Shown here one piece after another: positions 50,373-62,494 of a stretch of 64,000 nucleotides of DNA. The notes below the pieces were generated by a model. That model did not search any database, had not been told where the DNA came from, and saw only the letters and a list, made by a program, of their open reading frames with translations. The DNA comes from Squalus acanthias (Eukaryota). The DNA lies in assembly GCA_030390025.1 (NCBI GenBank), contig CM059431.1:131504001-131568000 (forward strand), given 5' to 3'. Each line of letters opens with the position of its first letter. Within the stretch, counting starts at the first letter, position 1. Both the position numbers and the translations under genes were made by a program.

Positions 50373-51652
50373 GTAAGTGTTACTTTCAGAAAAATATGAA
50401 TGACACACACAGAAATGAATTAACTTACAGCTGTCTAATGAGTGACAACTTCATTCATATTAATGTTGACATATTTTATGTATGTCACCTTTTGGGGTTT
50501 TAGAGCTTTTTTTCATTATGGATAGGGTTTGGAACTGAGTTATATTTTCTTGTTGTGTCTTAAAGCAAAATGAATTTGCGCAGGTTTAAAACATAGTCAT
50601 GGGCTGCAAGCAATGAAGATGTGTATTCCATATGAACATACGAAAAGGAAGGCAGGTAAAAAAACAGCTGGTCCATTGAGCCTGTCTTGTCCTGGCATCA
50701 TGTAAATTTCACACACCATCACGCCACCCCCCTCCACCCCACCCCAAGCAGTCACGCAGTCTCTGGGGAGAGGCAAAAGAATGCGTCAGGAGAACACCAT
50801 GACTGACCCTATGTATGTAGATGTGTTTGCCACTCTCAGGAACTCATGCATCTCCTTTTGAATGTTTCAGCAAATCTACACACAGTGTATGTGTCAGTAA
50901 CTATTCCAGAGGTCGACGGCTCGCAGCGAAAAGAAGTACCTCCTGACATCTAACCTAGTTCTATGATTTGTAACTTACACCTATGTCCCTGGTCCTCCCT
51001 AATCTAATCCTTCCATTATTTGAAAGGCCTGAATCATATCTCCTCAAGTCCATTATCCACCCGTTTTGTATTAAAGCAAAATGAGACAGTTTGTGGAATG
51101 TCACAGCACACAGTCTGCGGCAAACAGAAACAAAGCAAGTCAGTTTCATCCCTATTCATTTTGAGGATAACAGGATATGGTTTCTTTAAACCCACACTCT
51201 GATGGGGAGGAGAGGTAGCTGGTTTTATTAACAGGCATACTGGTGAATCACTGAGGAAGAAGTCAGAAGGACAGCTCTTCTTCCACTGCCTGGGAACACA
51301 GAGAGATATCAGAAAAGAGAGATACTCGGGGAGTCAGTCAGCCAGCTCGGTTAACCAGGAAATGATAAGTGAGCCCACGAAATGGTTCAGTGTGAAATTT
51401 TTATTATTGTTCTTGAGAGGGTTCAGTAATTAATTGAATCAAGGTGTGATATGATTACATCTATTACTCTATTCCTTCACTTGCTGTATGGAAAATAAAG
51501 CAGCTTGACGAATCACGCCTGGCCTTGTCTCACTAAAGTGTTTCAGTTCACCTTCAGACAGTTTGGAGAAGGGCACATACGAAAGACACGACATCCAGCT
51601 CATATCACACAGGGGTAAACTATTGTATAATTAGATATTGGGCAGTCCAGGC

Positions 51653-51910
51653 GAGGGTCTCCAATCCTCTCGGATTGTCCTGGGGTCTCCAGGAATTTAA
51701 GATTAACATCCTGGACACGACAGCAACCAACCCAGGAGAAAAATCATAGGGACGTTAAAAATAATTGTTTTTCTTCTTTATCTTTGAACACTTTTGTTTA
51801 TTAGTTATAAAAATATTGGAGATAGGAAAAGGTAGTTTGACTGGGTGGGGCGGTTGGAGGTCATGTGATGAAACCTCCAGGAATATGTCCAACCAGAGTT
51901 AGCAGCCCTG
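51653..51910. mobile_element. hAT (Blackjack-like) MITE
   Basis: Ends resemble TAGGGTTGCCA (gagggtctcca / tagcagccctg). 8-bp TSD GTCCAGGC at 51645-51652 and 51911-51918. Confidence 0.75.
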
Positions 51911-52228
51911 GTCCAGGCACACCTTGAATGTAAAATGTTCAGACCGCTTACGGTATTGACCAGTACTGCTATACCCAAGAGAATATCGAAAGCAGACACC
52001 ATTACTTGTAACTGTCTTAAACATAATAAAGATCACGAGAGTTTCCCGCAGTTCATGTCTATCTACTTATATTAATGTTGGTGCACTTCTTAGCAGCAAG
52101 TACATCACTCTCACTTGAGTCCAAGGGCTATCGTTGTTTTTGGTGGACAGTTGGTAGCTGGGATTGGGTTAATATGAGGAATTGATCATATCACCCTAAA
52201 TCCAGCACTCTGGAAACAGTAATTTAAT

Positions 52229-53553
52229 AGCAAAATACTGCGGAAGCTGTAAATCTGAAATAACAACAGAAAATGCTGGAAACACTCAGCACGTCAGGCA
52301 GCATCCATAGAGAGAGAAATAGAGTTAATGGGCTGGATTTTCTCAATGGAGACGAGTTGGAGGCGGGACTGCTGCTTGTCGGGTCTATGTCCCGCCTCCA
52401 TCATCTTCTGGCCAACCAGAGGGATTTTCCCCTGATTGATCTTGTTAAGCCCGCCCTATGGGCTCAGCAGGCCAATTGGGGGGAAGTCACTGACAGAGCA
52501 CGTCAACGTCTGACGTGCTATCTGTCAAGACTTCTTGAAAGAAGAAATGTCAGCGTTTGACAGTTCTGTGAAGCTGTCAAACACTGACATTCTCTGTAGT
52601 TTGATGAGTCCTTGTGTTCAGGACTCATCAAACCTTTCAACTTTGTAGATTTCAGATGACTGTTGGGTCGGAGGATCCAACAGCCAGTCTGTGAAATCGA
52701 CAAGGAAGATGTCGGGACTCCTGATCCAGAGCGGATGAAGGCTGTGGGCAGAAACCAAGGTAAGTGAACATTTTTTAACACTTAACACTCACCTTACATA
52801 CTTACCACTCCACACTTGCACCTATCACTCACCTCTACATCTTACTTTCAGGCCCCTCCAACCCCCGCAGACCTCATACTCGACTCCTCCAACCCGGCGG
52901 GGTTTTCCAAGGTCAGGAAGCCATCACCTGAGAAGGTAAAATGGCTCTAATCCTTTTTTCTGCCTGTTAACTACCTGTTAACAGGCAGTTAAAAGGATTT
53001 AATCCCTTTCCCGCCTCCAGGAGATGGGACCCAAAGTAGCACATCTTCCCGCCTCCTGGCAAAAGGGCACGGAGGCGGGATGGGGGCGGGTTTGCCATCC
53101 GCCCCCGTTTCCTGCTACTTTACTGGCAGTCCCGCCTCCTCGGGGCTGAGAAAATCCAGCCCAATGTTTCAGGTCGATGACCCTTTGTCAGAACTGGTTT
53201 TAAGCAGGTGCAGAGGCTGGGAAAGCGGGAGGGGAGGAAAGAACAAAAGGGACGGTCTATGATAGGGTGGAAGGCAGGAGTGGTTAAATGTTGCAAATGG
53301 GGATGGCAGAATCATCAACACCAGCCGCCTGAAAAAATAGGGGCAGGGGTTATGGTCTGAAATTGTTGAACTCAGTGTTGCGTCCAGAAGTCTGTAAAGT
53401 GCCTAATCGAAAGATGAGGTGCTGTTCCTCAAACTTACGTTGAGCTTCATTGGAACAGTGTAAGAGGCCGAGGACAGAGAGGCCAGAGTGGGAGTGGAGC
53501 GGAGAATTAAAGTGACAAGCGAGCGGAAGCTTGGGGTCACCCTTACGGACTGA
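52229..53553 (-). mobile_element. PLE family B 3' fragment split by a MITE
   Basis: 52229-52329 plus 53163-53553 are the reverse complement of 56820-57408 (GIY-YIG C-terminus, HHR, tail). Confidence 0.85.
52330..53162. mobile_element. Harbinger-type MITE
   Basis: Perfect 16-bp TIR gggctggattttctca / tgagaaaatccagccc, with TSD AAT. Confidence 0.9.
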
Positions 53554-53771
53554 AACCTTACGAACACCCTTACTCTGGAAACAGTGTTGTACTTACATTT
53601 TCACAAATTGTACATCGTTTTTCACAGTAACATTGGTCTTACTAGATATTTTGAGAAGAAAGTTCTTTTATATTGGTTCCCGTGGAATTAAGCATGCTGT
53701 TCTCAGCATTTCAGGTTAACAAGGCTATCACAGCCATGAAAAGTCCTTAACAAGGGCTTCTTGCATTCATT

Positions 53772-54491
53772 GGGACGGATATTCCGATCCCTACGGGTGG
53801 TATGCGCTGTGTACCCACCCGTAGAGGACATCAGAAATGCCGGTTTCAGGCATGCACTGCGCAAGCGCTGGAAACTGGCATTTCCAATCTGTCAAGAAAG
53901 CTCTTGACAGATCCTCCGGCTGCCCTGGAGTAGGGCCTCTGCGGGCGGACAGTTCCGCTTTTTGGAGAACCTCCGCCCGCAGAAAACCCTTACAATTCTT
54001 GCGCCTGGTAAGAGTTGAAAGTAAAAAAAAAAAAATTTCACTGATTTATCATTTAATAATACTTTAAAAAAGGTAAGTTTATTTTTAGCCCCGTAAAAAG
54101 CTTTAATTATTTTTTTCAAAAATTTAAATTTTTGTTTAAAATAGTTAATTTATTGTAATATCAAATCATTTTAAAAATGTGATTTTTTTTTTCATTTATT
54201 TAAAATTTTACTACGTTTTGGGGGTGATCTCCATTCATATATTTGACAGGTCTTCCTATCAAGTGTATGAAGAGAGATTCCCTTCTGTGATTGGCTCCCA
54301 ACGGCCCATGTGATCCCAGGGATGCTGTGAACTACCTGCGTCTCTGGGATACGTGGGCCCTGCACACTTGGAGTTTGGAGAGGCCCAGCATCAGAATTGT
54401 GTGCGTCCCGGGAGCCCTCAGGTACGGGCGCAGATTTTTCCAGATTGCAGTCCTTCGCCCGCGGGAGGCCTGCAATCGGAATATCTGGGCC
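53772..54491. mobile_element. Harbinger-type MITE
   Basis: Imperfect TIR gggacggatattccgat / atcggaatatctgggcc, with TSD ATT. Confidence 0.8.
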
Positions 54492-54628
54492 ATTATGTTT
54501 TTCTGCATTTTACAACTGGGAGGAATCTACATAGTAATGCTGCAGGTGAATATTTGGATCCAGTTACAATTGTGAACTTTCTTTATACTTTACACCATGG
54601 TGAAAATTTGAGCTCTGGTTTTGTGTAC

Positions 54629-55082
54629 AAGAAAGAAAGAACTTGCATGTATATGTACCTTTCACAACCTCAGGTCGTCCTAAAGCACTTTATAGCCAAT
54701 GAAGTACTTTTTTGAAGTGTAGTCACTGTTGTAAGGTAGGGAACATGGCAGCCAATTTGCGCTCAGCAAGGTCCCACAAACAGCAATAAGATAATGGCCA
54801 GATAATCTGGTTTTTAGGGATGTTGGATAAATGTTGTCCTGGACCCTGGGGAAAACTCCCCTGCTCTTCTTCAAAATAGTGTCATTGGATATTTTATGTC
54901 CACCTGAGAGGGCAGACTTAACGTTGGTTTAACGTCTCATCCAGAAGGCTGCACCTCCAACAGTGCAACACTCCCTCAGTACTGCACTGAGGTGTCGGCC
55001 TGGATTATGTGCTCAAGTGGGACTGAGCCCACAACCTTCTGACTGGGAAGCAATAGTGCTGCCAGTGAGTCATGACTGACAC
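54629..55082 (-). mobile_element. DeuSINE (SacSINE1-like), near full length
   Basis: Reverse complement of the 46661-47070 family, with a (tctt)n tail. Confidence 0.82.
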
Positions 55083-56346
55083 CTTAGAAGAGCTTAACAT
55101 TTGCCTGAAAAAAAATGCAGCCTTTTACTATCACATTGAACCTTTGTAGTTAATCTGGCTCCCTTGAGTCATTTGCAGGAACTCCATGGAATATTAGTAC
55201 GGGATTCCAGCTTTGATGTCTTGCAGGGGATAAAATTTCCTCTTTTAGCGAAAAATGAGAGTGCCAGTTTTTCTGCATAATTAATTGCACATTGCAAGAC
55301 CTCATGTTTCTGTAAACTGTAAGGTGTACAATGGGAGAAAAGCTCTTCAGCTGCTGACTGAGCAAAATGGGACTAGAACTAATATGGAACATCAATGCTG
55401 TAGTAACAGCTAAAAGAAACTAATCACTTGTTTCAAATGATGGTTCTGATCCCAAATGTTGCAGAAATATAGGGCTTAAAATAATCATCGAGAGGAACTG
55501 TTACCGACTTTGAAATGAATGTATTGTTTGATTTGCAATAATTGGAACGTAAATCTGCAGCGCCCTATATATCAGGCTATATCTCCAGAATGTTTTCAGT
55601 TCTTCTCCAGCCATGGAGTCTCGCTTGATGGGAACACAGATCAAAGAATTGGGCACAGAGGTCAGTGTGCCCGATTTTCCGGTCATTAATTTTAATTACC
55701 CATTTATACTCTGAAAATCGTTTTGTAGTGCGCATGAGTACATTTAATTGTACAATTAAACATTCTGGGGCTGATCCTTCACAGTTGTCACCAAAATTGC
55801 TGTTTTTGCTAATCATAGTGGAAAAGAAGACTAGAAAGCAGTACCATATTATTCATATGTTTACATTTTTACAAAAATTAGTTGTCAGGAATTTCATTCC
55901 CTCCGTGTGCAAAATCTAACATCCTCAACTGCCGCACAAAAGCAAGTTAGCGATTGTTTAAATGTAATCTGAATCTCTGTTGGAATTGAGAGAAAAGCTT
56001 AACTGATTTTATTTTTACATGAATGACAACAAATTAAAGCCAAGAAAGATACAGGACTTTGGAGAGAGAGTAGGGCAGTTTTGGATTTCTCTAGCGTAAC
56101 ATCAGCACAGATACAATGGGTCGAATAGCCTCCTTCTGTGCTGCAAACCTCTGCGGTTCTATGTGTATGTTTCAGGAAATAGACCGCTGGCCAGAAATGG
56201 CATACATCTGCTTGTTGAGAGGGACTGGCATTAACTTCCTTTTTTTCCTGTACTCCCAGAAGTTTTTAATGCTGTTCTTGTAACTTTATTTTTCCCCTCC
56301 ATTTTGCAAGCTATTTTTGAATGTTCTACCTCTGTAAACCATAAAC

Positions 56347-56528
56347 TGCTCTCAGACTTCACCAATGGGGCAGTAAGTTGCTCTCAGACTTCACCAATGG
56401 GGCAGTAAGTTGCTCTCAGACTTCACCAATGGGGCAGTAAGTTGCACTCAGACTTCACCAATGGGGCAGTACGTTGCTCTCAGACTTCACCAATGGGGCA
56501 GTACGTTGCTCTCAGACTTCACCAATGG
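56347..56528. repeat. 32-bp tandem repeat, ~5.7 copies
   Basis: tgctctcagacttcaccaatggggcagtaagt starts at 56347, 56379, 56411, 56443, 56475 and 56507. Confidence 0.97.
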
Positions 56529-56767
56529 ACTGATTAAACAAATTGTATCATCTCTCCCTCAGAGCAGCTCTCATGGTTTTGAGTTTAAGACCTCAATAAC
56601 ACCTAGATTTTTTAAATTACACTGATGGTGATTTTTGAAATACCTATTCCTGAGTCCTTCTTTTTCGGAAACTACCATCACTGAGGCAATGACAATATAA
56701 TTTGTAACAAGAACATGCGTTAGAATTCTCAGTCTTACAGAAACAAACGTCTTTCTGAAATTAAGTA

Positions 56768-57412
56768 GCAGTCTCCGCTACGTTGGGGAGACCAAATGCA
56801 GACTGGGTGGGGACACCTCCGTTCAATCTGCAAGCGTGACCCCGAGCTTCCAGTCGCCTGTCACTTTAACTCTCCGCTCCATTCCCACTCTGACCTCTCG
56901 GTCCTCGGCTTCCTCTGTTCCAATGAAGCTCAACGTAAGCTCGAGGAACAGCACCTCATCTTTCGATTAGGCACTTTACAGCCTTCTGGACTCAACATTG
57001 AGTTCAACAATTTCAGATCGTAATCACGCCCCCATTTTTTTGGATGGCAGCTGTTGATGATTCTACTATTCCTGTTTACACCTCTTCGAGACCCATCTTT
57101 TGTTTCTTTACTTGCCCCATGACCATCTCCTTTTGCTTTGTACAACCATATATTTTGTCATTTAATCTCTCCTGCCTTCCACCCTATCACAGACCTTCCC
57201 TTTTGTTCTTTCCTCCCCTCCCCCCTTTCCCTGCCGCTGCACTTGCTTAAAACCGGTTACATCTCTAACTTTCTCCAGTTCTGACGAAAGGTCATTGACC
57301 TGAAACGTTAGCTCTGTTTCTCTCTCCACAGATGCTGCCTGACTTGCTGAGTATTTCCAGCATTTTCTGTTTTTATTTCAGATTTCCAGCATCCGCAGTA
57401 TTTTGCTTTTAT
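56768..57412 (+). mobile_element. PLE family B 3' fragment (GIY-YIG C-terminus + UTR)
   Basis: YVGETK..HLRSICKRDPELPVACHFNS..QRKLEEQHLIFRLGTLQPSGLN translation, with an HHR motif in the UTR. Confidence 0.88.
57277..57314 (+). ncRNA. Minimal hammerhead ribozyme motif (PLE family B)
   Basis: agtt-CTGACGA-a-AGGTC-att-GACCT-GAAA-cgtt-agct shows the core, stem II and a short stem I. Confidence 0.75.
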
Positions 57413-57568
57413 ATTAGAAGGATCATTTTTGATGCAGAATAATTTTAGTACCTGAAAGGGTGGTGGAAGCAGATTCAGTAGTGACATTCAAAAGAAAATG
57501 GGATAAATACTTGAAAGGAAAAAAATTAGAGTTATGGGGAAAGAACAACCATATATTTTGTCATTTAA

Positions 57569-58389
57569 CCACCACCTGGACGACATTCAGGCTTGGGCTG
57601 ATAAGTGGCAGGTAACATTCGCGCCACAGAAGTGCCAGGCAATGACTATCTCCAACAAGCCACCTCCCCTTGACATTCAACGGCATTACCATCGCCGAAT
57701 CCCCCACCATCAACATCCTGGGGGTCACCATTGACCAGAAACGTCCTGGACCAGCCACATAAATACTGTGGCAACAAGAGCAGGTCAGAGGCTAGGTATT
57801 CTGCGGCGAGTGTCTCACCTCCTGACTCCCCAAAGCCTTTCCACCATCTACAAGGCACAAGTAAGGAGTGTGATGACATACTCTCCACTTGCCTGGATGA
57901 GTGCAGCTCCAACAACACTCAAGAAGCTCGACACCATCCAGGACAAAGCAGCCCGCTTGATTGGCACCCCATCCACCACCTTAAATATTCACTCCCTCCA
58001 CCACTGGCATACCATGGCTGCAGTGTGTACTATCTACAAGATGCACTGGAGCAACTTGCCAAGGCTTCTTCGGCAGCACCTACCAAGCCCGCGACCTCTT
58101 CCACCTAGAAGGACAAGGACAGCAGGCGCATGGGAACACCACCACCTCCAAGTTCCCCTCCAAGTCACACACCACCCTGACTTGGAAGTATATTGCCGTT
58201 CCTTCATTGTCGCTGTGTCAAAATCCTGGAACCCCCCTCCCTAACAGCACTGTGGGAGTACCTTCACCACACGGACTGCAACGGTTCAAGAAGGCGGCTC
58301 ACCACCACCTTCTCGAGGGCAATTAGGGATGGGCAATAAATGCTGGCCTTACCAGCAATGCCCACATCCCATAAACGAATAAAAAAAAA
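57569..58389 (+). mobile_element. 5'-truncated copy of the 3036-4822 LINE family inserted in an old CR1 3' fragment
   Basis: Very similar to 3993-4822, with a poly-A tail. CR1 remnant flanks lie at 57450-57544 and 58390-58460. Confidence 0.92.
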
Positions 58390-58605
58390 CTGGGGAGTGT
58401 AATTAATTGGATAGCTCAACAAAGAGCCATCACAGGCACAATGGGCCAAATGGCCTCTGCCAAGGACAAGAAAAAGCCATTCAGCCCATTGAAGAATATC
58501 CCTTGAGTGGCCTACTTCTTTAAGCCTACCATCAAATTACATTTTTGAATGTCTCCAATGTTTTGGTCTCTACTACCCTACCTGGCATATCATTCCAGAC
58601 ATATT

Positions 58606-59053
58606 GGGCTGGATTTTCAATGACCCGTGGAGTCGGGTTTGGAGGCGTGTGGGGGGTTAAAATAGCGAAAAGTGGTGGGCGGACCTGATCCCGACTCCAT
58701 TCCGCCTCCACGCAATTTTGACAAAATCGGTCGCGGGGTTCCCGACTCCGTCCTGCTTCCAAGAGGCGGGAGAGGCCATTAAAGCCCTTAAAAAGCCCTA
58801 AATTGGCTCTGTAATGCCATTTTGAAACGTTTTAGCTAGTTTAATCCTTTTCCGACGTGAAGCACGCCTGATGTGAAACACGCCAGTGAAACCTGGTGGG
58901 AGCACAAGTGGATAGCTGACTATCAGCTGCAGGTCCACTATTACAACGGAGATGTGATGAAGGTAGTAGTAGTACGCCTCTGATGCTGCTGCATTGAATG
59001 TCTTCAGAGACTGCCTGGCCTTTGCTGTGAGAGGACCTGGATGCAAAAAAAAT

Positions 59054-59089
<36 letters not shown>

Positions 59090-59352
59090 ATGCTGCTCAT
59101 TTTGCATCCAGGTCCTCTCACAGCAAAGGCCAGGCAGTGTCTGAAAGCCTTCAATGCAGCAGCAATGATGACACCATCAGAGGCGACTTTCAGACTGAAA
59201 CTACTAATTGGTTCATGGGTTCCCACATGCTGGAACTCAATTGCCCAATTAAGTGAAAATTGCATCAATCTCCCACATCCAATTGCAGACGGGTGGATAA
59301 CACGAAATGCGATGACACGACCCCAACCTGCCGCAGTATCAAAATCCAGCCC
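58606..59352. mobile_element. Harbinger-type MITE with an internal inverted repeat
   Basis: TIR gggctggatttt / aaaatccagccc and TSD ATT. It interrupts an old minus-strand CR1 remnant. Confidence 0.88.
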
Positions 59353-60289
59353 ATTGTTCTTGGAGTAAAGAAGTTCTTTCTAATATCTGTTTTTAATTTA
59401 CTTTCCATTAAATTAATCTCTTCTTTTCCTAATAGTGGGGCTTACATTGAAGTAACATTCTATAGTTTAATATTTATATACTTTGATGAGACCTCTCTTA
59501 ACCTTCTCTCTGGACTGTAGAGCTTTCCTTTTAGCTTTACACTTGGGATAAGTCTTATTTCGGTTTTCTGCAACTTCTCCAGTGCATGTGCATCCTTGCC
59601 GTAGCATGGTGCCTGGAATTAATAGTGTGGTCTGGCCAGCGAACTTTGAAGTCCAATATTTTCTTTGTAGTTTGTGTTCTTCTCTTATATTTGCTGTACT
59701 TTGTCACATAAAGAAAACAATGGAGACCTGGGAGATTCAGTTAACATTATGCACTGTGAAGGTAAAGCTTGAACTGTTTATCACTGTTTCCTGATTCCCT
59801 GAGATCACTTCCAAGTATCTGTTTTTTTCTTGCTGAGGAGGCTGTTTTATTTTATTTGGATTCCATTAGTTTTGTTGGCCATAACTAAAGATGTCCAATG
59901 TGTTCAGTATATTTGACATATGATGACATGTAAAACAAAGAATAAATGATTCTAATCATGAACTGCCTATCAAGTGATTCACACTTGATTCTTTTTTCCA
60001 AATATTTTTCCCCACTCTCCTAATGGCCATTCTTTATAGAGTAAAATGCAGTCTTGATTCTCCGACCTTCACTCTTTGAGCATGGCTCACTGGTAGGAGC
60101 ATGGGATTGCTGAATTATATTCTTATATCTGATCATAGATAGTATGTGATGTTAGCCTACTCTATCATGGCGGCACTGCAACTGAATCCAATGTTGCCCT
60201 CATCTATTGTACGCATATACTTTCCAGCAAGGTTCATTAAATAATCAGGAGCACATTTACCTGAAGGGCACTGATGCCAGTTATATAAT

Positions 60290-60408
60290 TCATTACTGCC
60301 TTCCTAGCTGAGATCAGTTTACGTGGCACAGTCTGGAAATTGGACCTGGGACATTCTGGTCTGTACTAGTTCAGTTACATTGAGGATTTACCAACTGAGC
60401 CATCAGGT
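60290..60408 (-). mobile_element. 5' part of old tRNA-derived SINE (7385 family)
   Basis: The reverse complement cctgatggctcagttgg..cagaccagaatgtcccaggt..ctgatctcagct matches 7387-7490. Confidence 0.55.
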
Positions 60409-62494
60409 GAACACTTTTAAAAAAAAACAAGTACGTTATATTATTTTTTGAAATTATTCTTTTATTTCTGATCTGGCAATTCCCTTACCCAGCTTGTTTG
60501 TCTGTGCAGATCATTTGGAGTGACAGATGCTAAAGTGAATCCTTCATATCATAGAATCTTATAGAATCATAGAATCTTACAGCACAGAAGGAGGTCATTC
60601 GGCCCATTGTATCTGTCACACACTGCCTGGAATGTGGGCCAGGCTTGCAGATGGGTGCTATTGCACTGCCACAATCTGCTCACCACATCCACATTTACGA
60701 GGGTGGCACTAGCAATGTGGAAAGAGTGCTGCTCTGTTGGAAACTAATTTGATGTACTTTTAGTTGGCAGATTGTTAGTTCAGTGAATGTGCTGCCAACA
60801 ATCCCAGTTAAGCTATTGTGGACCTTTAAGGGGGTTGAGATCCAATTAGTCATTATTTTTATTAGTTCAGGATTTGGCACAGTGAAGCATCTACAAAGCA
60901 TTTACAAAGAGCAGGTCACCTTCAGTGGGCTTTTAGCTTATTAGTGCTTGAAACATAATGGGAATCGATGCTAACTGGGCTTTTTAAAAATAAAATATCA
61001 CTGTTCTCAGCCTAATATTCAGTTATAAGTCAACTTATTACTTTAATGTGGATTAAAATTGTACAAACTAATTAGGGGTTGCTGAGGTATAAATTGATGG
61101 CATCACATTAAACAGACACATCTTACTTCTGAATGTTTATGATGTAGAATATCTTGGAATGTAGGGACATTGCAGCTTTGAGGTTAATAGTGACAAGAAT
61201 ACTCTCAGTTACAGCTAAAAACCTTAAAAATAAATATACTTATATTTGCTCCAGTTTGTTCATTTACATGAAAGTTTGTTTTTCTACCTACCCAAGATGC
61301 CACCTGACAAATATTTCATGCTTGTTCATTATCCCAATTATGTACATACCTTTGCACACCATTATTTGACATCTCAGTGAATATGAACAGTTGGAAGGAA
61401 ATGGATAAGGAGAGGAATCACTCTTTGAATTTAATTGAAATCAAGAGGAAAAATGTTTATTTTTATATAAAAGCTAAAATTCATAGAGGGCAATTTTCAG
61501 CAGTGCGTTCAGGCGCTAACGATCCTCCGAGGTGGCCACGGTAGGGTCTTGAGCTGAAACACCGATTTAGCCCGGATTTAGCGCAAGACACCATCTTGGT
61601 AAAGGAGTTGCGACCTGTGCGGGGAACGGCCGCCCGGAGGATCGTTAAAGGGCTGATTGCCACTTAAAATGCTTGCTAGTGCTCATTAAGGAGGCTGCAC
61701 GGCACTTTTGGTGTCTAGCGCTTGTCCTAATGCCCTCTCCTAACAGTCACCAGCTGGTTGCGAGTAAACACGGCGTTGATGTGGATTTCAAGTGCTACTT
61801 AAAGGGATACTCACCATTTCACATTCACTTGCTGCTGGAGGTTTGAAGAGGACCTCTGAAACACATCGGGAGACTTTCTGGGACACTTTGTCAAGACTTC
61901 ACCAACACTCTTAACAGCATTTATTCCAGAAATGTTCTGAGGACTTCACCTAAAAAGAGTAAATGCTGTGCTACTCTACCTTATTGGAGACCTTACAGGA
62001 GTCACCAGGAGAAAGGGAGCGCTTGGTCATGGGCATCTTGCTAGGGGTCCCCCTTGGGCTGGACGAGGAATGGGAGGAGGGCATGAGGCCAGGCAGAGCA
62101 GCACCAGCTGCTGCACGAGAGAGGGTCAGGAGGGTGAGGAGGGCGAGGTAGCATCATTTCCCCCCGGTGGGTACAGGACATCCCTCCTCCTCTGGACCTC
62201 CTCCACCGGGACCTCCAGTGCCGTGTCCGAGAACCTGTGTGCCCTCTCCTTCGGCCCCATAGCCATCCTGCAATGTGCTGCTGTGTGTCAGCCAGCCCAC
62301 TCCACACCTTTATTGGAATTGGGTGCGAGGAGCCCACATATACTCCACGAAAATTGCATCTAATCAGCACTTGAGTGCTATACCTGCAGATGTCTGGTTT
62401 AGAAACCTCCAGGTAAGTTCAAATTAGGGTAATCAGTAATTAGGATCAAAGTTGTGTGCTAAATCAAGACTTTCAAACAGGCGTGTCGTATTAA

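Noticed and set aside
56347..56528. CRISPR array (32-bp repeats)
   Set aside because: The units are head-to-tail with no unique spacers, there are no cas genes, and the context is eukaryotic.
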